A stretch of 26,678 nt of DNA from a virus (Duplodnaviria; Caudoviricetes): the IMG/VR virus record IMGVR_UViG_3300049190_000011, positions 1-26,678 of that record; one strand, 5' to 3'. Shown piece after piece: positions 1 to 7,666 of the stretch. The translations under genes and the position numbers were made by a program. The notes below the pieces were generated by a model, which made no database searches, had not been told where the DNA came from, and was given only the letters and a program-made list of their open reading frames with translations. How positions within the stretch are numbered: position 1 is the first letter of the stretch; every line of letters starts with the position of its first letter.

Positions 1-892
1 GGACGGCCGGGGCTTCCCGGTACCGCGTCAAAATACCCTGGACTGCCAGGTTGCAGGGGAGCTCGACGGCGCGCGCCACCTCTTCGGCCGCGTCCAGGAA
101 GGCCTTGGACGGCCGCTCCCCGGTACAGGCCAGATCGAGCTTGTGCTCGAAGCTGTCGCGGGGTGAGGTGAGCCATTTCTTGAGGAACCGGCTGTCCTCG
201 GAGCGGATGATCGAGCGCGCGATGGCCTGGTGCGCCAGGTGCGGGAACTTGATCGTCCGGTCTTCGGTCAGCACGAGCGGGGTCAGCACGTTGTAGCAGA
301 AGCTCGCCTGCTGCTGGAGCTCAGCCGCCAAGATGCCCCGGTAGTACACGTGATTGCTCTCGCCAGGGTGCACATCGACGCCCTCCAGCCGGTAGTCCGG
401 CTCCTTGGTGAGCACGATGCCGCCCCGGTTGGTGTAGGCGTTCTCGATGTCGACCACACCCTGCACGTGGATGGTGGTCGTGCCCTCCCTGGGCTTGTGA
501 CCATCCCGACCCATGATCGTTTCGCCGCGCTCGTCGATCGTGTTGCAGTAGAGCTCCCGGAAAGCCTGCCAGCCTTCCCAATTCAAGCCCAGGCGGGTGG
601 TGAAGCCGAGCTCGCGTGGCTCCCGGCCGACCTCGCAGCCAGGTCCGTACTCGGTCATGGTGATGACCTCGAAGTCCTGGTCGCGCACCCGTACTGGAGC
701 CTTCGAGAACACGTAGCGGTGCAGGCCCGACCAGACGGTGATGGCCCCACCGCTGCGCAGGATCACGCTGATGGCGTACTTGAGGCCAGAGCCGAAGTAG
801 CCGATGGGGCTGTCGCCCTCCTTGGCGCTGATGCCGATCGTGGTGACGGCACGCATGTCAATTGCGCCCTCATTCTGGAAACTGACGATCAT
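1..892 (-). CDS. GHKL/HSP90-like ATPase-domain protein (3' end runs off the window)
   Basis: Not in the ORF track. Manual translation from ATG 892 stays open to base 1: MIVSFQNEGAIDMRAVTTIGISAKEGDSPIGYFGSGLKYA...WQAFRELYCNTIDE...EGTTTIHV. RBS AGAAAGGGAGG upstream; ATGA overlap with the previous gene. Confidence 0.7.
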   Translation of the reverse strand, partial: MIVSFQNEGAIDMRAVTTIGISAKEGDSPIGYFGSGLKYAISVILRSGGAITVWSGLHRYVFSKAPVRVRDQDFEVITMTEYGPGCEVGREPRELGFTTRLGLNWEGWQAFRELYCNTIDERGETIMGRDGHKPREGTTTIHVQGVVDIENAYTNRGGIVLTKEPDYRLEGVDVHPGESNHVYYRGILAAELQQQASFCYNVLTPLVLTEDRTIKFPHLAHQAIARSIIRSEDSRFLKKWLTSPRDSFEHKLDLACTGERPSKAFLDAAEEVARAVELPCNLAVQGILTRYREAPAV

Positions 893-1131
893 GTAGTAGG
901 CCTCCCTTTCTGAATGATTTCACGATTACGCTGAACGTGAACTCCAACGTAGGTGTTCACCATGAAGTCTTCATCAGCGGCCGCCAGAATAGCTTCTGCC
1001 CATTCCTTCTGCTGCAGAGCGTACCGACGAATTTGAGCGATCATTGTGGCAGCATCTTGGCGACCCCAGTCAGCAAGACCACTCCCACTAGCCAAGCCAG
1101 GAAGGTGAATGCTTGTCATGCGATCTGCCAT
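889..1131 (-). CDS. hypothetical protein (80 aa, MADRMTSIHL...)
   Basis: Start re-called to ATG 1131 (TGATG overlap with upstream stop); stop overlaps the next ATG. Confidence 0.65.
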   Translation of the reverse strand: MADRMTSIHLPGLASGSGLADWGRQDAATMIAQIRRYALQQKEWAEAILAAADEDFMVNTYVGVHVQRNREIIQKGRPTT

Positions 1132-1691
1132 CACAAGGGCTCCTTTTGCTCTTCGCCATACAGGTAGGTGCGCCACGGCACCTTCATGCGCCAGCGGTCG
1201 CTGAGGTGATTGGTGTCGCGCATGCTGGTGCAGGGGTTGGACTGGATGTACCAGCCGATGTGCTCCAGCACCGGGTTGTTGCTCTTCACCCAAAAGCCCC
1301 AGCGGCGGCCCTTGATGTAGGGCCCGCGCCACACCAGCGTGTGGAGAGGCCACTTGCCATTGACGGGACCGAGCACCCGGTGGGTGTGGGTGAAGTCGCG
1401 AAAGTACCAGCGCCAGGCGGTGACCGGGCTGATGGTAATCGTACCGTCGTGCTGCATCACCTCTTCAAGGTAGGTGGAGAACGGGAACGCCCAGAAGCGC
1501 CAGGGGTGATCGTGCGGGTCTGGGTCCTCATCGCCCCGGTAGAAGACGTGCCAGAGCAGCTGTCCCCAGGGGGTCATTGGGGTGATGGGAACGCGCGCCA
1601 GGTAGAGGGTCCGCTCGCCATGGCGGCCGCTGCCGTAGATGAGCTCGGCCCAGCCGAGCCAGCCGAGAAAGGTGAGAAGTCGCTTGAGCAT
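1131..1691 (-). CDS. cupin-like conserved phage protein
   Basis: RBS AGGAGGG then ATG 1691 (MLKRLL...). His-rich motifs HVF..D.DPDPHDHPW.F and HTHRV, then TLVWRGP..RRWGFW. Confidence 0.55.
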   Translation of the reverse strand: MLKRLLTFLGWLGWAELIYGSGRHGERTLYLARVPITPMTPWGQLLWHVFYRGDEDPDPHDHPWRFWAFPFSTYLEEVMQHDGTITISPVTAWRWYFRDFTHTHRVLGPVNGKWPLHTLVWRGPYIKGRRWGFWVKSNNPVLEHIGWYIQSNPCTSMRDTNHLSDRWRMKVPWRTYLYGEEQKEPL

Positions 1692-1702
1692 AGGGCCCTC
1701 CT

Positions 1703-1763
1703 GCGGAGACAGCCGGGACGTGTGGCCCTGGTGCGATTGACGCTCCCCCGGCTGCCCCTCCGC
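1703..1763 (-). promoter_or_regulatory. long intergenic stem-loop ending at an RBS
   Basis: Minus strand GCGGAG-GG-GCAGCCGGG ... CCCGGCTGT-CTCCGC, followed immediately by AGGAGGG. Confidence 0.5.
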
Positions 1764-1773
1764 GAAGCAGTGG

Positions 1774-2163
1774 TTAGTTGAGTGTCGGCTCTTCGACCGG
1801 CTCTTCGACCAGCCGGACGTTCGCGCCGCCGAACAGCTGCGCCAGCGCAGCGGGCATGCCGCCATGCTGACAGGGCTCGTCTTCCTTGACGAAGGCCACG
1901 CCATGGTCGTCGAGGTATTCAGTGTCGACCGTCCAGTTGGCTTCGGGGTCGATCCCGGCCTTGGCGTAGAGCTTGTCCCAGAGCTCCTTGCTGCGCCGCT
2001 CGAAGGCCGCGTTCATGGCGTCGGCCTCGTCGGAGTACCGCTTGTTGAGCTCTTCGGTCGTCTGGCGCGCCTCGCGGCGAAGGTCACGCAGCTGGCGGCA
2101 AAGGTCCAGGCCTTCCGCATCGTCGAGCTTGACCGCCTTGGGGCGGGTGTTCTGATCGTTCAT
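1774..2163 (-). CDS. hypothetical coiled-coil protein (129 aa)
   Basis: RBS AGAAAGGGAAG; phage-like codon usage; acidic tail VEEPVEEPTLN. Confidence 0.75.
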   Translation of the reverse strand: MNDQNTRPKAVKLDDAEGLDLCRQLRDLRREARQTTEELNKRYSDEADAMNAAFERRSKELWDKLYAKAGIDPEANWTVDTEYLDDHGVAFVKEDEPCQHGGMPAALAQLFGGANVRLVEEPVEEPTLN

Positions 2164-2164
2164 T

Positions 2165-2350
2165 CTACTTCCCTTTCTGTCTCATCACCGCGACCAGCCC
2201 CAACAGGAGCAGGCCCGGCCACAACAGGACGAGCCCCACATAGGCACGTCCCCTCAGTTGGGAGCCCTTGCGCCGTGTCGCCACGATTGCAAGCTCCCCG
2301 TTCAGCAGGCCGAACACCAGGTAGAGGTTCAGCCAGCCAACCCAAGTCAA
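2165..2350 (-). CDS. small membrane protein, two hydrophobic segments
   Basis: TTG start overlapping the upstream stop (TTGA); WVGWLNLYLVFGLL and AYVGLVLLWPGLLLLGLVAVM. Confidence 0.55.
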   Translation of the reverse strand: MTWVGWLNLYLVFGLLNGELAIVATRRKGSQLRGRAYVGLVLLWPGLLLLGLVAVMRQKGK

Positions 2351-2619
2351 GCCGCCTGCTCCCACGCATGGCCGCGCAGGCGGTTGATCTCGAAGTCGAA
2401 TGCGAGCTCACCCATATGCTGGATCAACAGCACATGGAGCGTCCGCCTGTCCAGATGGTGGGGCACCGGACGGCCGAAAGCTCTCCGGTACACCTCGACC
2501 ACTTCATGAACATGAAGCGGTTCGCCGGGTGCCCAGGGAGGCAGCTGCTCCCTGGGCTTGTCACCGACAGCAGCCTTCGCCTCCCGATGCGGAGGAGCCC
2601 AGGAAGCGAAGGTGCTCAC
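2347..2619 (-). CDS. hypothetical protein (90 aa)
   Basis: GTG start in a GTGA overlap with the upstream stop; fills the gap between neighbours. Confidence 0.55.
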   Translation of the reverse strand: MSTFASWAPPHREAKAAVGDKPREQLPPWAPGEPLHVHEVVEVYRRAFGRPVPHHLDRRTLHVLLIQHMGELAFDFEINRLRGHAWEQAA

Positions 2620-2798
2620 TGACCGCTTTCCTCCACCGTCACGTGGATGCGCTGAGGCATGGTCGCCCGCTCGCCCACGTGGACCTTCTGGATGTAGAGG
2701 GTCGTGACCCCCGCGTCCCCGCCGACCGCGCGGTACCGATGGCACCCCTTGGTCTCCTTGGCGTCTTCGCGTTCCATGATAATTGACAGCTTCTTCAC
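2616..2798 (-). CDS. hypothetical protein (60 aa)
   Basis: Strong RBS AAGGAGGTG before GTG 2798. Confidence 0.7.
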   Translation of the reverse strand: MKKLSIIMEREDAKETKGCHRYRAVGGDAGVTTLYIQKVHVGERATMPQRIHVTVEESGQ

Positions 2799-2810
2799 CT
2801 AGCACCTCCT

Positions 2811-3053
2811 TCACTGCACCCATTCGAGCTCGTACTTGTCCGGCAGATTGCCGCAATCGTGCTCGCCAGCCGGGTCGTCGACCTCGACGCACTCGTTGGT
2901 GCTCGCTGACTTGTACACGATGGGCATGTCTGCCCAGGTCTTGATGGCGAAGCAGAACAGCAGAGCTATCAAGACCCACAGCACTGCGCTCGCCAGCAGA
3001 CCGTTGCGGCAGCCAATCGGCACCCGCAACGGCTCATCGTCAAAGTCGTCCAT
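2811..3053 (-). CDS. membrane-anchored hypothetical protein (80 aa)
   Basis: RBS GGAGGG, ATG 3053 (MDDFDDEPL...); TM segment LLASAVLWVLIALLFCFAI; Cys-containing C-terminal part. Confidence 0.65.
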   Translation of the reverse strand: MDDFDDEPLRVPIGCRNGLLASAVLWVLIALLFCFAIKTWADMPIVYKSASTNECVEVDDPAGEHDCGNLPDKYELEWVQ

Positions 3054-3055
3054 AC

Positions 3056-3661
3056 TCAGCCCTCCACCGGCACCATCTCGTCGCCCCAAGGGTCGACCGG
3101 GTAGCCATGTTCCTCCAGCTGCTTCGGGCTCACAAGCACCTTGTAGCTTTCCTCGTTGGTGCTCATCAGGCGGACCCAGCCGCCCATCGAGCCGCGCTTG
3201 CTCTTCTTGCGCGCGACCATGGCGACGTGCGGGTAGGGGCCCAGGAGCTCGGAGACCTCGGTCAGTACCGAGTGGCACTGCGAGCCGGGCTCAGCATAGG
3301 TGGCGGTGGCCTTCCCTGCCAGGCCGAATTCCTTGATGACCTTCTTGAACGGGGCCTTGTGGCCGTGCTCGCAGCCGACGGCCGCGTGGACCATCTCGTG
3401 CAGCAAGGTGGCCAGCACCTCGACCGGGTCGGACAGCCGGGGGCAGATGAACATGTTGACGGTCTTCTCGTTGCTGCTCCAGGCAGGCGGGAAGCACTGG
3501 CCAATGGCGTTGCCCTTCCCAGCATTCTTGGCCCAGCCGATCGAGACGTAGAGCTCAGCGGGAAGCTCATGCTTGCCCGGCTTGGAGAACCGCTCGTCGA
3601 GCAGCTTCATGCCAGCGCGAAGCCAGCCTTCACGAGTGTCATGGGTGTTGGTCTTTGGCAC
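3056..3661 (-). CDS. SprT-like zinc metallopeptidase-domain protein
   Basis: GTG 3661 after AGAAAAGGAG; zincin motif TLLHEMVHA...HGHK.PFK. Confidence 0.75.
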   Translation of the reverse strand: MPKTNTHDTREGWLRAGMKLLDERFSKPGKHELPAELYVSIGWAKNAGKGNAIGQCFPPAWSSNEKTVNMFICPRLSDPVEVLATLLHEMVHAAVGCEHGHKAPFKKVIKEFGLAGKATATYAEPGSQCHSVLTEVSELLGPYPHVAMVARKKSKRGSMGGWVRLMSTNEESYKVLVSPKQLEEHGYPVDPWGDEMVPVEG

Positions 3662-3668
3662 GGGGTTT

Positions 3669-3713
3669 CTCCTTTTCTGAAGCGAGCCTGCCCCACGGGG
3701 AGGCAGAAGACAA
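3669..3713 (-). promoter_or_regulatory. partial copy of the repeated leader/promoter motif
   Basis: TTGTCTTCTG (3713-3704) 27 nt upstream of AAAAGGAG, nearly the same spacing as at 3957-3998; GATAGG box absent. Confidence 0.4.
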
Positions 3714-3714
3714 G

Positions 3715-3939
3715 TCATTTTCCTTCGAGCAGTCCCAGGTCTCGTAGAATTCGACGGACCCCGGTTCGAGCGTTCTGCATCGCGCGTCTGTCGCTGGCGG
3801 TGCGGGCCACCACGTAGGTGTACTGGCGGTCGTTCACCCAGAAGCGCACCTTGTAGTGCTTGCCCTGGTCGATGCGGTGCTCGACGCCAGCGGCGGTGAG
3901 CTCGGCTATAACGGCGGTCACAGGGGTCTCTTTAGCCAT
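3715..3939 (-). CDS. small basic protein, possible HicA-like fold (74 aa)
   Basis: RBS AGAAAAGGAG, ATG 3939; GKHYKVRF...TASDRRAMQN pattern resembles HicA-like alpha-beta-beta-beta-alpha phage proteins. Confidence 0.55.
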   Translation of the reverse strand: MAKETPVTAVIAELTAAGVEHRIDQGKHYKVRFWVNDRQYTYVVARTASDRRAMQNARTGVRRILRDLGLLEGK

Positions 3940-3956
3940 CAGTCGTACTCCTTTTC

Positions 3957-3998
3957 TGAGAACTCCTATCGACCAGCACAACGCAGAAGACAAGCCCC
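3957..3998 (-). promoter_or_regulatory. putative phage promoter, copy A
   Basis: GGGGC-TTGTCTTCTG-N13-GATAGG-N3-TCTCA, same layout as 17506-17547; intergenic, ahead of the accessory gene block; TTGACA at 4006-4001. Confidence 0.6.
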
Positions 3999-4013
3999 TT
4001 TGTCAAACTATTT

Positions 4014-6443
4014 TCAGAACGGCGGCTCCTGGCTGTCGCCCTTCGGCTTGCCCTTGCCGTCGACCTTGAGCTCGCCCTGCTTCGGCTTCGGCTTGGGCCA
4101 GGTCCGCGTCCCGTGGATGTCCTCCCACCGCTCCCGGCACTCGTCTAGGCTGGGGAGCAGCCAGAAGTACGCGCGCTTCTCGACCTTGCGCATGAAGCCG
4201 TCACCAGCGGGCTCGTCCCAGCAGGCCATCTGCTGGATGACATCGAGCTTCGGCACGACACGCTTGAGAAACTTGCCGAGCGCGGTCTGATTGCCGCGCC
4301 GGTTGATCATCCAGCGCCGGGTATGCTCGATGTAGTCGTCCACCAAGAGCTCCTTGCGGACCTCGTTGGGCCACTCGTCCTGGTCGGAGAACAGCGAGCC
4401 GTCGTTCAGCTTGTTCAGCCACCAGTCCTGCTCCGGGCTGAGGCTCAGGTCCTTCTGGTCCTTGAGCGCATCGGTCTGGGGCACCTGGCGCACGTCGAAT
4501 TCGCTGAGGTCGTACGTCAGCAGCAGGTGGAGCAGGGCCTCCCGGCCGCCGTTGTCCATTTGGTCGGCGATGGCGCGGAAGTAGGCGCTCTTCTGCTGTT
4601 GCTCCTTGCCCACGTCGAGCACCAGGAAGCGGCGCTCGTCGCCCGACGCTGGCACCACGTGCTCGTCGTTCGAGGCCATGATCAGGTGGACATAATTGGG
4701 GGCGGTCTCCACGTCGACGCCCTTGGCCTCGATCTGCAGCGTGTCTTCAGTGATCAGCGTCTTGAGGATCGACGCATGCTTCTTGTCACCCGCGTAGAAG
4801 GCCTCGTCGGCGAACAGCAGTACCACGTCCCTGAGGTGGCTGTTGAAGTTGCCGACCAGGTGGGAAGGGTTGCTGACGTGCAGGAAGTGACGGCCCAGGA
4901 GGGAGCCGATGACCTTGGCGGCGAAGCTCTTGCCGGTGCCCTTGCCCCCGCGCATCACCACCGCTACCTCCCCTGGGCTATCGGGGTGCTGCACCATGCG
5001 CGCCAGCCAGCCCATCAGGTAGCGGTAGATGGCCTCGTCGCCATTGCAGACGTTCTCAAGCAAGTGGTCAAGGAACAGCTGGCAGTCGCCCGGCCGCGCG
5101 GTGACCGCAAAGCCCTTCCACATGTTGTACGCTCCGGTGATCTCACGCCCAGGGGCGAAGACAATGGTGTCGAATTGGCGGCGCTGCGGATGGCCCAGCC
5201 ACCAGCCGCCGACTGCCTTCATCTTCGGCATGCCGCTTTTCTCATCGACCCCGACCTGCACGTACTGGTTCATGTGCCGGTTGCGGAAGTCGTCGAAGCT
5301 CTGGCGGGTGAGCCGGGTACGGTTGAGGGCGTGGTCCACCACCTCTTCGACCACCCGGCACTTGCCGCCGATGTTGCCGATGACAGCGAACCGCTCGTTG
5401 AGCTTCTGCAGCCACGGGTCAATGGCGTATTCCCGCGCGCGCTCGATCTGCCGGATGGCGTACTTCGCGCCGTTCGAGCCCTTCTCGATGATGCTCTCGC
5501 TGATACCGAAGTCGGGGTCAGTGAGCACTGAGAAGATGACATCATCAGGGACCTCAGCGCGCACCAGCTGGCAGACGCAATCGAACACCCAGGCCGACCG
5601 GCTGTTGTCCCCGGCCTTGATCTCGTCAGGGTGGCGGCCCTGGACGATGATCACTTTGACCCGGTCGGGCACATCCCACTGGTCGAGCTCGTTCACGTCG
5701 TTTAGGCGCTCGACGTTGCCGCTCACCTTGACGATTGGCTCCCGGCCGCCGCCAGCGAAGCCGCCTTCTTCGCGCATCTGCACGGCCGGGGCGGGGGTGA
5801 ACTGGCTCAGCGGGTAGACGAGCTCTTCATCGAACGAGACCAGCGTGGCCAGCGTCGCCACGCGGCCCTTCTTCGCCTTGCGCTCGTCAGGGATGTTGAC
5901 CGTGCCTGGCAGGCGCATGATGCGGTCGATGTTGTGGCAGTTGTCCGCGCCGAACAGCACCTCCAGCTGCTGATTGAACCGCTTGGCGTCCTCAGCCTTG
6001 TCCAGGTCCCCGTTGACCGGGATGGGCTGCTCCAGCTTCCAGAAGCCCTGGTAGCCGCCGCCGCTGAACACCACCACGGTCGGCGCGGGTACCCCGGCCG
6101 GGAGCCTGGAGGTCAGCAGGCTGAGGGCCCGCTGGCGCTCCTCCTCCAGGTCTTCACCGGCACGGGGGTCGATGTCGACATGCAGCCAGTCGACCGACTT
6201 GATGTCTTCGCGCTCAGCCTTCTTGGTGATGTCCCGGAGCGGCGGGTTGACGTGGAAGTAGATGTTCCGCTGGCCATTGTACTCGCCTAGCCAGCGGCGC
6301 GCCGCGTCTTCATCGGAAGGGTAGAAGGTGCGGGTGTCGATGGCCTTGCGGTCGGGGCGGATCGAGGTGAGGGCCCAGGGCCCAGCGGGGGCCCAGCGGC
6401 GCAGGAAGTCGATGGCTGCATTGGTGTCAGGTTGTACGCTCAC
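4014..6443 (-). CDS. primase-helicase (RepB-like primase plus SF3/D5-like helicase)
   Basis: Primase motifs WLHVDID, SGGGYQGFW, RIMRLPGTVN; Walker A GGKGTGKS, Walker B LLFADE, motif C IMASN. Confidence 0.9.
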   Translation of the reverse strand: MSVQPDTNAAIDFLRRWAPAGPWALTSIRPDRKAIDTRTFYPSDEDAARRWLGEYNGQRNIYFHVNPPLRDITKKAEREDIKSVDWLHVDIDPRAGEDLEEERQRALSLLTSRLPAGVPAPTVVVFSGGGYQGFWKLEQPIPVNGDLDKAEDAKRFNQQLEVLFGADNCHNIDRIMRLPGTVNIPDERKAKKGRVATLATLVSFDEELVYPLSQFTPAPAVQMREEGGFAGGGREPIVKVSGNVERLNDVNELDQWDVPDRVKVIIVQGRHPDEIKAGDNSRSAWVFDCVCQLVRAEVPDDVIFSVLTDPDFGISESIIEKGSNGAKYAIRQIERAREYAIDPWLQKLNERFAVIGNIGGKCRVVEEVVDHALNRTRLTRQSFDDFRNRHMNQYVQVGVDEKSGMPKMKAVGGWWLGHPQRRQFDTIVFAPGREITGAYNMWKGFAVTARPGDCQLFLDHLLENVCNGDEAIYRYLMGWLARMVQHPDSPGEVAVVMRGGKGTGKSFAAKVIGSLLGRHFLHVSNPSHLVGNFNSHLRDVVLLFADEAFYAGDKKHASILKTLITEDTLQIEAKGVDVETAPNYVHLIMASNDEHVVPASGDERRFLVLDVGKEQQQKSAYFRAIADQMDNGGREALLHLLLTYDLSEFDVRQVPQTDALKDQKDLSLSPEQDWWLNKLNDGSLFSDQDEWPNEVRKELLVDDYIEHTRRWMINRRGNQTALGKFLKRVVPKLDVIQQMACWDEPAGDGFMRKVEKRAYFWLLPSLDECRERWEDIHGTRTWPKPKPKQGELKVDGKGKPKGDSQEPPF

Positions 6444-6445
6444 GA

Positions 6446-6772
6446 TCAGGCCTCCCAGTAGCAGGCCAGGTCGGTGCAGTCGGTCTCGCCAAGCTCCATC
6501 CGGTTGAGCCAGTAGCGGCAGATGCCCATGTCAGTGGCCACCTCCTGCTGTGTCTTGTTGCAGCGGCGGCGCATGATGAAGCACCGCTCATGGGCCTTGA
6601 GGGTGCCGACACGCACCGACGGTGCGCTGGCGTCGAGGTCACGCTCCCACCGGCTGTATCGGCTCAACGGCACCTCTAGCCGGGCGGCGGCCGCGCGCTG
6701 GCGCTCCTGGCGGCGACGACGATCAATGGTCAGACGCTCTCCGCGTGTTAGTTTCTGTGGCGCGTCAACCAT
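6446..6772 (-). CDS. tandem Cro/XRE-type HTH protein
   Basis: Two HTH-like repeats: RQRAAAARLEVPLSRYSRWERD and TQQEVATDMGICRYWLNRMELG. Confidence 0.8.
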   Translation of the reverse strand: MVDAPQKLTRGERLTIDRRRRQERQRAAAARLEVPLSRYSRWERDLDASAPSVRVGTLKAHERCFIMRRRCNKTQQEVATDMGICRYWLNRMELGETDCTDLACYWEA

Positions 6773-7155
6773 CGTATGAGCTCCTCACCTTCCAATCGGT
6801 CCCAGATCACGAGTGCGAGCTCGCGCAATCGGGGTTGTGTTACTTTCCCCAGGTGCCGGGCGGCGGTCTCCCCATCGAAGAGCAGCCACTCACGCCCCAC
6901 CTGGAGCAGGAGGTAGGCGTGGAAGCCCTTCCTCCATCTGCGTTTGAGCCAGACCCGCTGCTGAGGGGTGAAATGCTTCACCCGCACCGGAGCTTCATCC
7001 GACCCTTTGGGCCACCGGGGTAGCCACTTGAGCTCCACCCAGCCGACCGAATAGTTGACATCCGGGGTACCTGGGTAGACCTTATTCTCGACCGCCATGG
7101 CGTCGAGTGGGCGCAGGGCGCGCACCACGCGACCCCGCATATTGCTTTCAGCCAC
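6748..7155 (-). CDS. VRR-NUC / PD-(D/E)XK nuclease, putative Holliday junction resolvase
   Basis: GTPDV...WVELK...FTPQQRVWL. Confidence 0.75.
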   Translation of the reverse strand: MAESNMRGRVVRALRPLDAMAVENKVYPGTPDVNYSVGWVELKWLPRWPKGSDEAPVRVKHFTPQQRVWLKRRWRKGFHAYLLLQVGREWLLFDGETAARHLGKVTQPRLRELALVIWDRLEGEELIRWLTRHRN

Positions 7156-7645
7156 GAGCCACCTGTGGACCGTATGCCTGATTGTGGTACTTGCCGTCGT
7201 ACGAGCGTTCAGTCGGCTCGTCCAGGCGGTGGAACACTACCTGGGCAATAGCCTGCCCCTCGACAAGCCGGATGGGCTTGGGGCCCTTGTTGCTGAGCTC
7301 CAATGTCAGCCAGCCCTCCCAGCCTGGCTCGATCACGGTGTTGAACACGCTGAGGCCCAGGCGAGCGAGGCTGGACTTGTCGTGGACGATGCCGAGCACG
7401 TCGTTCGGCATGGTGAACCGCTCAACCCCGGCCGCCAGCGTGAACTCACCGGGGTTGAGCATGCAGTACCGGCCGTCCGGATGAGCGTAGGCCTTCTTGA
7501 TCATGGGGTCGGGCTCGGAGCCGAGCACCAGCCTCAAGTCGTAGCCAGCAGGCCCCAGACCATAGCTGAGGCCGCGCTCCTGGGTCCGCTCGGCACAGGG
7601 CTCCAGGATGTTCAAGCGGCGGATGGTCTGTCCGGAAAGTATCAT
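7148..7645 (-). CDS. dcd: dCTP deaminase (trimeric dUTPase fold)
   Basis: MILS start, PAGYDLRL, DKSSLARLG, IEPGWEGWLTLEL, IAQVVF, YDGKYHNQ. Confidence 0.85.
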   Translation of the reverse strand: MILSGQTIRRLNILEPCAERTQERGLSYGLGPAGYDLRLVLGSEPDPMIKKAYAHPDGRYCMLNPGEFTLAAGVERFTMPNDVLGIVHDKSSLARLGLSVFNTVIEPGWEGWLTLELSNKGPKPIRLVEGQAIAQVVFHRLDEPTERSYDGKYHNQAYGPQVARG

Positions 7646-7666
7646 CGTTTCTGCTCCTTGGGTCGC

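Noticed and set aside
1787-1810. 12-nt tandem repeat GGCTCTTCGACC x2
   Set aside because: It only encodes VEEP-VEEP in a protein tail; two copies, not CRISPR-like.
3975-4006. Canonical sigma70 promoter from the perfect TTGACA at 4006-4001
   Set aside because: No acceptable -10 hexamer 16-18 nt downstream; the repeated TTGTCTTCTG/GATAGG element explains the region better.
7148-7645. dUTPase
   Set aside because: Motifs (KSSLAR, EPGWEG.LTLE, Y.GKY..Q) fit dCTP deaminase, and the dUTPase C-terminal RGxxGFGS motif is absent. Bifunctionality is not excluded.
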